In this document: positions 53,001 to 64,000 of the stretch, piece by piece | How positions within the stretch are numbered: position 1 is the stretch's first letter | How the letters are laid out: every line of letters begins with the position of its first letter | NCBI GenBank assembly: GCA_973851085.1 | Contig: OZ316775.1 | Coordinates: 13,392,001 to 13,456,000 of the forward strand | From: Ptychomitrium polyphyllum | Lineage: Eukaryota | Length of the DNA stretch: 64,000 nucleotides | Direction: 5' to 3' | Notes under the pieces: model-generated | The model's database searches: none | Told to the model about the DNA's origin: nothing | Seen by the model: only the letters and a program-made list of their open reading frames with translations | Translations under genes and position numbers: made by a program

Positions 53001-55328
53001 CAAATAGGTAGGATTTAAAATAAACCCATAGGATTGTTAATGATGTATGGATTGTAAAAGAGCAAAAAATAGATGGAAACATGCCATTCTTTCCAAGTTA
53101 AGAATGGGATTAAATCTCCAAAATTTTGGCACTAGTCTTATCAATCCACTAATCATAATATCTAAAATTTCAATTTCATTGAAATAGTAGAGTAGAATCT
53201 TCTATCTATTTGAAATTTTTAATTACTTGAAAAAATCCAAATTTGTTGAAAAACTTGTTATGATCATTTTATCTCCTCCACTTGATTGTAGAATGGTAGT
53301 GTTTTAAAATTAAACTAACCATCAACATGCTATTATTCTAGTCATCAATATTTTATAAATACTAAAATAACTATAAATTTAGAAGTATAATTTATTATGG
53401 TTTCAGTTTTGGAACTAATCTAAATTACAAGGTAAGATCCTTTCAAGGTGTGGGTGTTTATCATTTATTGTTTTATTAATAAGATCACTTATAAGATTAG
53501 ACCCTTGTTAATTTGCTAATTGTAAATCAACCTAAGGATCTATTACAATCTCCTCAAATGCAATGTTATTTGCAATGTGAGTGTCATGCTTTGAATGAAG
53601 TGTTAATGCATTATAATTCCTTGTCTTTATTGAAATAGGATTTCTGATGGCTTTTCCTATATATTCACACTTCATACATCATAACATGTATATGAGATTT
53701 AATTTTAAGTTATAAAATATATATAAATCTATATGCAATTATACTTTTTTAATGGCTTCTCACATTATGATTTTTCTTTTCATACAATCTAATCATCCAC
53801 TTTTACAAATATATTTAACTTTCCATCTCTTGAGGTTACAATTTAAGGTGGTAACTTCACCAATTTGTTACTTTTATTTATTTTCTTATAAATGTTTAAT
53901 ATGAATGATAAAAAAACTAAGTAAAAATTCATTCAAAACAACAAATTTTGATGATTTTTAAAAAAAAGTTGTAAAGAATCAACAACTTATAGGATTCTGG
54001 TCTTTTTTATGGTTTTTCTTTTAGATTTTGATGTATGTAATGTATGGTTTTCATCTTTTCTTCACTATAGGCAATTGTCATCTTATTTAGATTCTCACCT
54101 AAATTTTGTGCTCCATTTAAAATATCTTGCTTATATTAGTCACTTCTTTCAAGTAAAGTACCACTTATGATTTTGAATTGGAGCCAAATCTCTCACAAGC
54201 CTCATTTATAGAGCTCAAATAGCATATTTTACCACTATAATATAAACAACATTCATTGAAGTGATGAGGACTAAATGAAAATTACATGATATATTTTATC
54301 AGATTCTTTTTAAACAATTACTAGTACATACTACACATTCAAGAATATTTTTGCAATTCAAGACTTTTAATTAAAGAAAACCATAGAGAAAATAGAAACG
54401 TTTTTGAGATGTTTATAATTTGAATAATAATGGGTATGTCCTTCTTTTTGATTTCTTGAAAAATCAATTATAATTTGATATATCAAAGACTTACAAAACA
54501 TTCGTTACTGACCTCTTTCATCACCTACTACAAAGTTTCTATCAAAGATATCGTCCTTTGTTATGTTAGATCTTTTGAATTAAATATGAAACTCAAATGG
54601 AATGGCATGCACGAATTCTGAACAAGTAGTCTTGCTATATGGCCAAGCCCACCTCTTCCAGACTTGAATTCATGCTTTTAAGCATCTAGTGTAACTTATA
54701 AGTGTACTTCCTCTTTACAAGGACCAAGGTGAGGTGCTCTAGCCAATAAAGAATGCAGGTACAAAGTGGTCATGCACATATGTCCTATCAAAGAGCCAAC
54801 TCATATTGCTAGTGCTACTGCTACATACTCTTGAACTCCTTTACTACAACATTCTCCATGTCTACTAATGATTTTGAATAAATTTGGATTAGTTCACCAG
54901 GAAGACTGATTTTCTTTGAGAAACGCGTCATGGCAGTCCATCTCTGAACAATTGACACAGGAAATTGGATTTTAGCTGCTTTGGTAAGATAAAAATTTGC
55001 AATGTAAAGTCACACCCCAGGTTTCGGATTTTTCTAGCATATGTAGCAAGCTTCTTCAAACTTCAATGCTCCAGCCTCACTATCTGTTTTTAGCAGGAAG
55101 GCTGCATACCACTCCATTTCACCTTGCACAACAATTTATTTCTTGTAAATGTTAGTTTAAAGAACTTCTTAAAAGACTTTAGCAATGCAAGGCTCATAAC
55201 ATTCCTTAGCACTTGAAACAAACTCACCTCACCTTGAAAATGGAAAATTAATAATAAATGATAGTGGGACGTGTGGAAGGGAATGCATGAAGACATGTCT
55301 AGTATGATGACTTGGCACCCTCAAACTA
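50040..55328. mobile_element. Possible old element bounded by ~90-bp diverged inverted repeats (50040-50130 and 55235-55328)
   Basis: catgccttcatgcatttcc..ccactatcatttgttgttcatttcccacttt matches the reverse complement catgtcttcatgcattccc..ccactatcatttattattaattttccatttt. The left copy marks the switch to AT-rich DNA. Confidence 0.35.
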
Positions 55329-58300
55329 CAATTCTCTAGTACTTTTTAGAGATGGAATCATCCTAGTGCAAAAGTGTGTTCAGAAGGGTCACTTTAGAAT
55401 GTTATGCTAACAGTGTTTTTACTCTATTTGCAGATGATGGATCTCTAGAAATGCATCTCAACTTAGAAGTGGCAATTTGCTTGATTGCTATGACATAGTG
55501 GGTGGAGCTTCCAAGTCAGACATGTCCCCAGAACCAAATTAACCACCCTATGGATTAACTTGGTTCATAAGTCATACCTCCTGAGCATACATCTATCAAA
55601 CTGTATTTAAAATCAAATATACTAATATCACAATATGACCTTAGTACATTATAAATGTTGGTAAATTTTGCATATGAGAAAAACACCTGAAAGTGGACAC
55701 CCAAAACAGCATTTGTGAGTTTGTCACTATGGAAATACCAAAACAGAATCCACACACTCATTAGATGGCACATAACTTGCACATGGAATTACTGCTTGCA
55801 AGCCTCCCCCAGATACATGCTGTTTGAGCAAACCTCTAGTGACCAAACAATACTTGTACAAAAGTTGAATTACAGCCACAAGCTTCTGTACTAACATAGC
55901 AGAGTTGTCATGAGCAGTTAGAATTTGTACTTTTGGGTATTCACCAATTGCACCCCTAGAAAAAAGCAACTCCTTGGGAGCTTATAACATTTATAGTAGC
56001 TTGTCAGACTTCAGATTAGCTGTCAATGTAGAGCAAAAGTCATAGAAGACATGGGGGAAACTACAAAGGAGATGAGGTTCCTGCAGGAGTTGTCACCTTT
56101 TGAATTCCTTTGTGATACGCTTTTGCACATTTTGTAGGATCCTTCATTCTCATTTGAATGCAGCTTTGGCTATGGATTTTGATCACATTGCCATGTTGTG
56201 TTCCCATTTTTGATCAGTGTGTAGCAGTTGAAGGGCTCAAATGAATGATCTACCATAACCAGGGCTAGCTTTAAACTGATTACAGTGTCTTCTGGAACCT
56301 ACACTTGTCTTGGAAGCTGAGAGAACCAGTTCCTGTATAATTTTTTTCAAATTTTTTCAAATTTTTGGAGACGAGCGTGATATGATGTATGGTAGGCTAG
56401 ATCCTATATGACAGAATAAGGTAAACAAGCCTACTGTGGCGAAAACTAGCCATTTAGGCAGGGGACATATGTGAGTATTTTATGAAATTTTTTCAAAATG
56501 CTCAACAATTTTATCTTGAATCCAATCCAAGTTGTTTCCTATATTTTCCTAACAAAATATAAGGTAGTTATAAATTTTAAAAGTATGTTGTTACGTCTCA
56601 ATAATGGTAGTGATTGAGTACTTAGGGAGGTTACTTCTTACAAATATTCATAACTGCATTTGGGAAAAGGGTATTTAACCTTTGATTCCTTAAATTTCTT
56701 TTCATATATTTCACAGAAAAACATAAGCCAAATGTAGCATTATAAGGTCAGCATACTTTGGCTATGGCTTTTTGCACTATCAAACACGAGGGTTCTAAAT
56801 TATCGCAAAGAATGTCATACTTGTGTGCCTAATTTCAAATGTGATACAAAGTTGCAGTAAAAATTATTGCAAGCTTTATTAAAGAGGCCCATTTTTATTT
56901 TAGTATACACATAGTATTTGTGAAAATAACACAAGATGTAACAATCATTTTAGTATAAACAAATTTGATTTAAGATGCCTTTTACTTTGTAATATTTTGA
57001 CCAGGTTTGACATATCAAAGCCACTTGTGCATACAACAATGCTTTTTAATATGAAAAAGTTATACTAATTAAAGTTTGAAATTATGTCAAACACTTTTTT
57101 AGTAAAAGTTATTAATTGGAATAGGTTAACTTAAAGAATTTCAAAATTTCAAATTAAATTGCTATATGATTACAAAATTTGGTCCAATCATTTACAACAA
57201 GATTATTATGAGATTGAAATAAAACTTAATGAAATATAAAACTCTTTATTAAACACTTTTGATTCTATAAAAAAGTATTCAAGTGCATAAAATTTTCATT
57301 AATTTAAAAAAAAGTATATAATGTTTTTGTATATATCTTTAATTTTATTCATAATTTGGATCCACCTTTATTTTACAATTAATTAGCAAAGTTGTTATAA
57401 AATTTTCATAATTTATTACAATTCTTTTGATGTCATAAAATCCTTCATTGTTTTTTGCAATATACTTTGTCAAATTGGCACATTTTTCCATCTACATGCA
57501 TGATACCAATTTCCTCATGCATATTAATGATGAATCAACTACCTTTTTTTAATTTTCTTTTACAAAATAAGATTTTTGCACTAAAATGGATCTTTCAAAG
57601 TGTAAAAAATATTAGTTTACAATGAAACCTTCTAAATTTACATTTTTAAGTGGAGATTTGAAAAACTATTCTTTTCTATTGATTCAAAATTGATTTTTGT
57701 TTTTGATATATAAAAGCGTTGTGTTAATAATTGTATAAGAAAGTATGAGTATCTTAATTAAATAAATTCAATCCAAAACTATCTATTTATATAATATCAT
57801 AAATATAGAAATTCAATAATTTATGAAATATTAAATTTAATGAAAATAAGGTTTATTATATAAAATGCTATTCTTTGTTTAAAATGAAATAATAATAGTT
57901 TTGCATTTGAATTAGGAAATAAATGCAACAAAATCTTTACAAAGACTAGACCTTGTTCAAATGTCATGTTTATTAATAGAAATTGTCTTTGCATATTTAT
58001 CATAAATAAAAAATAGATCTATTTTTGATCCAATTGATTTTATTGTTTAATCTATTTCAATGTTGAATTAATGTAAGATTATTAACTCTATTAAACCTCT
58101 TACATTATATAGTACAATATGTTGCATTATTATATGTTGCATTATTATATATTGCAATATTCAAATCTACAACAATACAAGATTAAAAGACACAGTGTTA
58201 AACATATTGCATTCTACAATAAAAAAGACCTAATTCCTTAAAGATCTTATGATGTGATTATACAGTATAATAATATTTATGTCCTTAAAGGTATAGGTAA

Positions 58301-59177
58301 TTATAGAATAAATATTCACTTCAAATTTTGTAGTAGGCTTTTATGGCTTCTTTCCATATAAAATTAATCTATAGGAAAAAGTTAGAAAACAAGTTCAAGC
58401 TTTGACCAATGCTTAGTAACTTAAAAAAATTGGTGATAGCTCATACTACCTTCTTTATCAACATGAATGAATAGCAAGGTTGTCTTATCAAATGAATATG
58501 GCTAAAATAATTTTATTTAGATTGGAGTAGACAAGTTTGTATAAAAAAGAAATACATGTCTAATTTTTTTATTTATATTTTATTTTTGATTAATTGCCTT
58601 TTGTAACATAGCCAAGGAAAATCCCTCGTAGGTGTCCTTTGCTTGCATTCCTTTTATACGTTTCATATGTACTTGCATGACAACCACGTGGTGTATTACG
58701 TAGATGGAGTAAGTCCAAATTTACCTTATTAAAGGTCAAATAATAGTTGACTTTTATTGGATGTATATGGAACTTATCGGCCGTTCAAAAAAATAAATAG
58801 ACGGGGATGAACAAACAAACCAATAGACAACCTTGATGAATGATTGGTAGAATTAATAAATTGATCAATATCAAAAGCTTTTTTAATGTTGATTATTGCA
58901 TGATATGGAAGTGACTTTTTATTTTGGCATAAGTAAATTATAATGCATAGACATTGTATTTGTGAAAACATCACATTTATACATGACATTTTTTTCTTAA
59001 TTTTAATGAATCATTCATATGCTCTTTTTAAAATTTTAAAAATAATACTTTCCAAGTTGATCTTTTTGATGTTTGTAAAAACATCATTTATGATATTTTT
59101 ATTTGCCATGTGACATATTCATAATATTGTCTTTTTGGAACCCAAATAATTCCATATGGAAGCTTGGCTTTAAAATA

Positions 59178-59234
59178 CAATGTTTGACTTTTGTTGTCAT
59201 GTACAAGATGCAATGTTTGACTTTTGTTGTCATG
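59178..59234. repeat. Short tandem duplication (24-nt identical unit, period 33)
   Basis: caatgtttgacttttgttgtcatg at 59178 and 59211. Confidence 0.85.
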
Positions 59235-61929
59235 ACCAATGAAGCCAAACAAGGACAAACAAGCTGGGACACAACCTTCTCAAACAACAACTTATCTATG
59301 GTGGTTTGTAAAATTCAATAAGACATCGTTTAGGATACAACATAAAGTTTGCTTCAAAGACTTTAACAGAAATAGCGACTTCCAAAGCAAGGGCAGAAGG
59401 ACATGCCAGACTTGAGTCTGATGCTTCATACTGCTGCAATGAAAAGATTGCCAACTGCATTTTGTAAAGCAAAAGAGGAGTCTGATGTTTATTATTTCTG
59501 CAATATAGCTTCTCCTATTTATGGTGCAAAAACAAGGAAAATGTGGGGGAACTTCTGTCTTGTACACAGCTATACAGCTATAGATACTGAATTTAAGTAA
59601 TTGCTTCAATCAAAATTGAAGTGCCCAACTGTTCTTCAGTACAGTTAACCGAACAGAAGTAAAACTTAGTTGTGCTTGTCTAGATTACTAATTTTGTCAG
59701 TAGATTCAAGCAAATTTCTTGCAATTGTCAATAGGATTTTAGAGCATGTCCACCATTAGAGCCAGCTATTCTTAGAGCAATGCACACTGATTGGTGTCCT
59801 CCACCATATCCTTGCCACAAACAATCCTTAACTTAGTTTTTAAGAGAATTCTCTTATTCAAATGGAAGGCCAATGGAACCTTGCGCATCTCCTCAATTGC
59901 TCTCCAGACGGGCCTTTGAATATGTTTCATTTTTCTTAAAATGGAGCTTGTAGGAATTATTAAAGGTTGGAGGCATAAAACAGTTGTTGTGTAAGGATTG
60001 ACAAAGGTGGTGACTGAATTAGGAGAGCAGCATGTAGTCATGTTATGGGTTCCTAAAAAAGTTGTGCCATTTTGCTCATGGTGCCACCATTGGAGGCACA
60101 ACAGTAAAGAGGCTTTTTAAAAATGTTTGAGACTTTATGCCTTGGTATCTTGTAAGCTGTTGTCACCAATCTCATTTGACTACAACACCATTGTAAAAGT
60201 GTAGAGACTAAGGTTAATCCAAATTACTTATATATTCAGTGCTGAAACATGAAGAGCTTACTCATGTGCCATTTAGTTCTTATCAGGTGCATGCTCATTG
60301 TTGCAAGTAACTGCTCTCAGAATGTTGTTAATGAATTTGGCCCTATTTATTTCATTATTGTACAAGATAGATTGACAAATGTTTCAATTCTGTCATTCAG
60401 TTGTATGACTTTGTTCAACATTGGTCCAGATTTCTAATGGATGTGTTTCTTGCATTTTTGCCCAAGCATCAATGCACAATAAAAATTTGTCAAAAGGAAG
60501 AAAATTTAGTAGTCTCTTGGCACACCATCTCATTGCTTTACTTCTACATACTTAATAAATATGTTGAAAGTGTCTGTTGTAACAGTAATTCCTACTACTA
60601 ACTATGCAGGTCTACACACTAATACATCTGTGTTCAAGTAAAGCATAGAAGTATAAAATTTGTATTGTAAGCCAATTTGACCCAACAGTGGGATCCAAGT
60701 CCATAGCCAACATGGATCACTGTTGGGAGTGCCTTTTTTGAAGGCATTCATCTCATGTGTCATCTTTCTGCTAGTTTCATAACAAAATTATCTATTGGAG
60801 TTACACCTCAATGCTGCACAATTCAGTGATAGCTATATAGGTTCATAACCCACCTGAGTATCAAACGGTTATAAAGTGAGTATCACCTAAATATCAGAAT
60901 TAACAGTTGACAAGTGAACATAGTAAACCCCTCCAGCTACCTTGTAATTGGTTCCCATTTGAAGTCTCAGTGGCCTTGTCGTGTGTCTTAGCTCTGCCCT
61001 GCCTTGGCCGTTTCCGGCTTAGGTTTCGAATACTTTTCTTCCTAGAGTAAAAATACTCGCTTTGTTTTCAATGAAAAAATCTCAAAGGCCTTCGCCCAGT
61101 TCAAAGTTTCCAGATATTGATTTCTAACCTTGAGTTACTCAGTTAAAATGAAATTCCAAATTCTATCTCTCAAAAACCTACTATACTATACTACAGATCA
61201 AATTACAACTAATCATCACTACAAATAATTCCACCCTGCCTTTAAAATCATCAGCTTCGTGGGGCACGCGGTATGATTTACAGTTTTACACACCCAACTC
61301 CCGTTGCACTCGAATAATACAATTTAATAACTGTACTATCTGCTAAACCTCCATATTTTGCAAACATTTAACGCTTCCCTCTCCTCCAGGAATCAAGGGC
61401 CCACATCTTTCCATATTTATCATAGTGTGCCTATCTACCTCGATGTCAGAGCAGCACACAAAGCACCAACATTAAGTTACAGTCCACAAAGTACGTCCTC
61501 ACGCCCCATCTTCAGGGACTCGAAAGTAATCACCGATCCCATCCAACCAACTGAAACTGATATTCAAGTGAAACCTCCTTCTCACCTCCTTGCAGAAAGA
61601 CGTTCAGAGGATGGAAGCTGCAACACTTTTTATCGTACCATCACAACCGACGAACAGTAGACCAGAAAATTCCAGGATCAACCGCTATACTACTGTAGCT
61701 CCTAATTGTCAATTGCAGTCAATAGCAAGGTCCATTATGTCGCTCCGCCTCTACCATTGTGACATGATCTCCCTCCCCCTAGCTAGCACTATAGTGCGTA
61801 ACATGACCAGAAATTCCTCCGTTTCGTACATGTACTTGCCACATACGACCACCCATAGGCTCACTCAAATATCACGCTTAGTTTTAATCAATGATTCAAC
61901 CGCCAACTCAAAGATCTTGTTGGAACAGT

Positions 61930-62171
61930 TGAAAATTGAAGTTCCGACCAGGAACCCCGGCACCTAATATTATACTGTAATTCTGAATTTGAAAATAGGG
62001 GTGCAAGCACATAATCAACCTGGCGGTGTGAGCAGAAGCAGCCGAGGAAATACACCATTTAGACGCATTTAACCTCCGGTGCTTGGTTATGTCTTTGCAT
62101 TCCTATTTTCAAATTCAGAATTACAGTATAATATCAGGTGTCGGAGTCCCTGGTCGGAACTCGAATATTCA
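61930..62171. repeat. Fold-back hairpin (MITE-like or MIR-like): ~80-90-bp imperfect arms and a ~65-nt loop
   Basis: 61940-62018 is the reverse complement of 62083-62161, including a perfect 33-bp core ATATTATACTGTAATTCTGAATTTGAAAATAGG. Confidence 0.85.
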
Positions 62172-63309
62172 GCACGGGTTTGTATATATTGCTTGCTTTG
62201 AATATTTAAGTCCATGGTATATTGACAGTCGGGTCCTTCTTTTAATGAAATCGTATGAAATGGTCATTAAATATGGTTAATTAACAGTAATCATGAGTCA
62301 CAAAATGGCACTAGAATATGAGGCTGGGTGTGATGTTTCATGCACTCCGTGAAATGATCATGTTAAGCAATAAATACTGTTTTAGGTAAGGTTGCATCTG
62401 GTTGGGGATCGATGAAAAATTAAGCTTCAGCGAAAAGGTAGACGTGGTGTGATTTCGCATGTGAATCTCCATCAGGTGGGAGCTGAGGGTTCAAATGACC
62501 ATGGACCGGAGAACAGTCTAGGTGGAAGTCTAGGTGGCCCACATGAGAGACCTGGAGCTTTGGAACCAATCAAAGGCAATTCGAATCGCGCTCCGGAGTT
62601 GCTTCTGGAATTCGGGATGGTGATAATAAATGGCGAGCTGCATTGCGTGGTATGAATTGAAATCGTGACTCCCGCTGATGTCTTGGAGAGAGTTGTGCGG
62701 ATAGTCCATGGACTGCCTTGGCCTCGACGTCGTTGCACGCCGGTCAGAGAGTTCTCCATCAGTACCTCCAAATCTCACTCTTGGAGTGTGACCACTGTAT
62801 AGATCACCAAGAGTCCGTGGTCGTCGAGTTACGCTTAATCAATCCGAAAGGTTAGAGTTTAGGGAGTATTGAATTCAGGTTGGGACGTTTGGGTGAGGGT
62901 TGGTTGTGGATTACTTGAACATCAAGTATGATTCTCGTGCATAAAAGGGCCTGATGCATGCTAGTTCATTGCGGGCCTCGAGCTTCAAGGTTGCAGTACC
63001 AACAACTGCACGGGGCACCACGTAGCCAGCTTGCAGGTCGATGTAGTTGGGATCAATTAGTTGCATGATCCTTAAATGCAGTACTTACTTGTCGTTGTCA
63101 CTGCCGAATCAACGTTGCATCTGCAGCAAAGCATTCCGAAGTTTGTTGGTGACAGTTGAGAGTTTCTGATTAAGACCCGACCATTATTTAACCACTACTG
63201 GGTAAAGTTCTATACGGTGGTTCGTTTAGCAAGCCGATTTTCTGGATGAGTGCAGAGTTAGAGATTGTGGATTCAAGCTAGTGGGAGCTTTAGGGAAAAG
63301 CTGGTCATC

Positions 63310-64000
63310 ATGGTGAAAGTGGCGAGCACTAGCGGCAGTAGTGATACTTACGTGCCGAGGACGCTGGAGTTCACGCCGACGTGGGCTCTTGCAGCGGTGG
63401 CGACGGCGTTTGTCCTCATCTCCATGGCTGTGAAGCGCTTCTTAAACTTTCTTGCTCATGTACGAATGGAAGAATCCACCATTTTCTGCCTCACCTTTCC
63501 ACTCCTGCTTCTGTTTTCGAAATGGCCGGATATGATTCTAGTTCGCAGCTTGCGCCGAAGATGTTAGATGCTTAGTCGATTAGTGCATTAATGCTTTGTT
63601 TCTTTTGATCATTTTAAATTTCATTCGGTCCCACTACAGTATGCTGTCAGTTTGGAGTATTCCAGCTTGAAATTGTTGAAATCCTTGGCTACAGCTGATT
63701 GCATTGAGCGTTCACCGATGGTCTTCTCATTGGGTTTTCTTGCGCGCAGTATCTCCGAGAGACCAATCGAAAACCACTTCTCGCGGCCCTGCAGAAGTTG
63801 AAAGATGGTGAGTTGTTGCTCACATAGAAACCAGTGTTTCCACCCTGGAAAATTATCTTTCTTGAGAAGCATTTGGACTCACCATCATCTGGACGTAGAC
63901 GTACTAAATCCTTCGTTGAAAGGTTAATTCAGACTGGCTATAGCACATTCTTCTTGTCAATTATAGTTTTTCAGTGTACGCGACTTTCTAATCCACCCAG
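63310..64000 (+). CDS. MLO: MLO-family protein, 5' partial (exons 63310-63459 and 63750-63807; continues beyond the window)
   Basis: RTLEFTPTWALAAV N-terminal MLO motif. The 58-nt second exon YLRETNRKPLLAALQKLKD has GT-AG borders and the same length as exon 2 of the MLO pseudogene. Confidence 0.85.

Noticed and set aside
1..64000. tRNA, rRNA, CRISPR arrays or intact transposase/reverse transcriptase genes
   Set aside because: None recognised by eye. tRNAscan-SE, Infernal and RepeatMasker would be needed to exclude weak cases.

Overview
Eukaryotic land-plant genomic DNA, most likely a moss or other bryophyte: intron-rich GT-AG genes sit in GC-rich islands separated by AT-rich, CpG-depleted decayed DNA. 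The species cannot be fixed from sequence alone. Gene order: ATP-dependent PEP carboxykinase (+, 12 coding exons); two head-to-head V-ATPase subunit a (VHA-a) genes forming a near-perfect 9,035-bp inverted duplication (14749-23783 / 25066-34100) around a spacer that holds a 200-N gap; an almost intronless PX-PH phospholipase D (PLD-zeta, -); a decayed third VHA-a exon 1 just upstream of the PLD coding region on the same strand; an MLO pseudogene (-); and the first two exons of a second, divergently oriented MLO (+). Most notable: the VHA-a palindrome (real gene-converted duplication or assembly artefact); the VHA-a relic plus intron-poor PLD arrangement, suggesting retro-insertion or promoter capture; an EZ2-like pair of P1BS phosphate-response sites upstream of PLD-zeta; a piggyBac-like TTAA-flanked relic; and a MITE/MIR-like hairpin upstream of MLO. 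Exon coordinates and alignments were read by eye.
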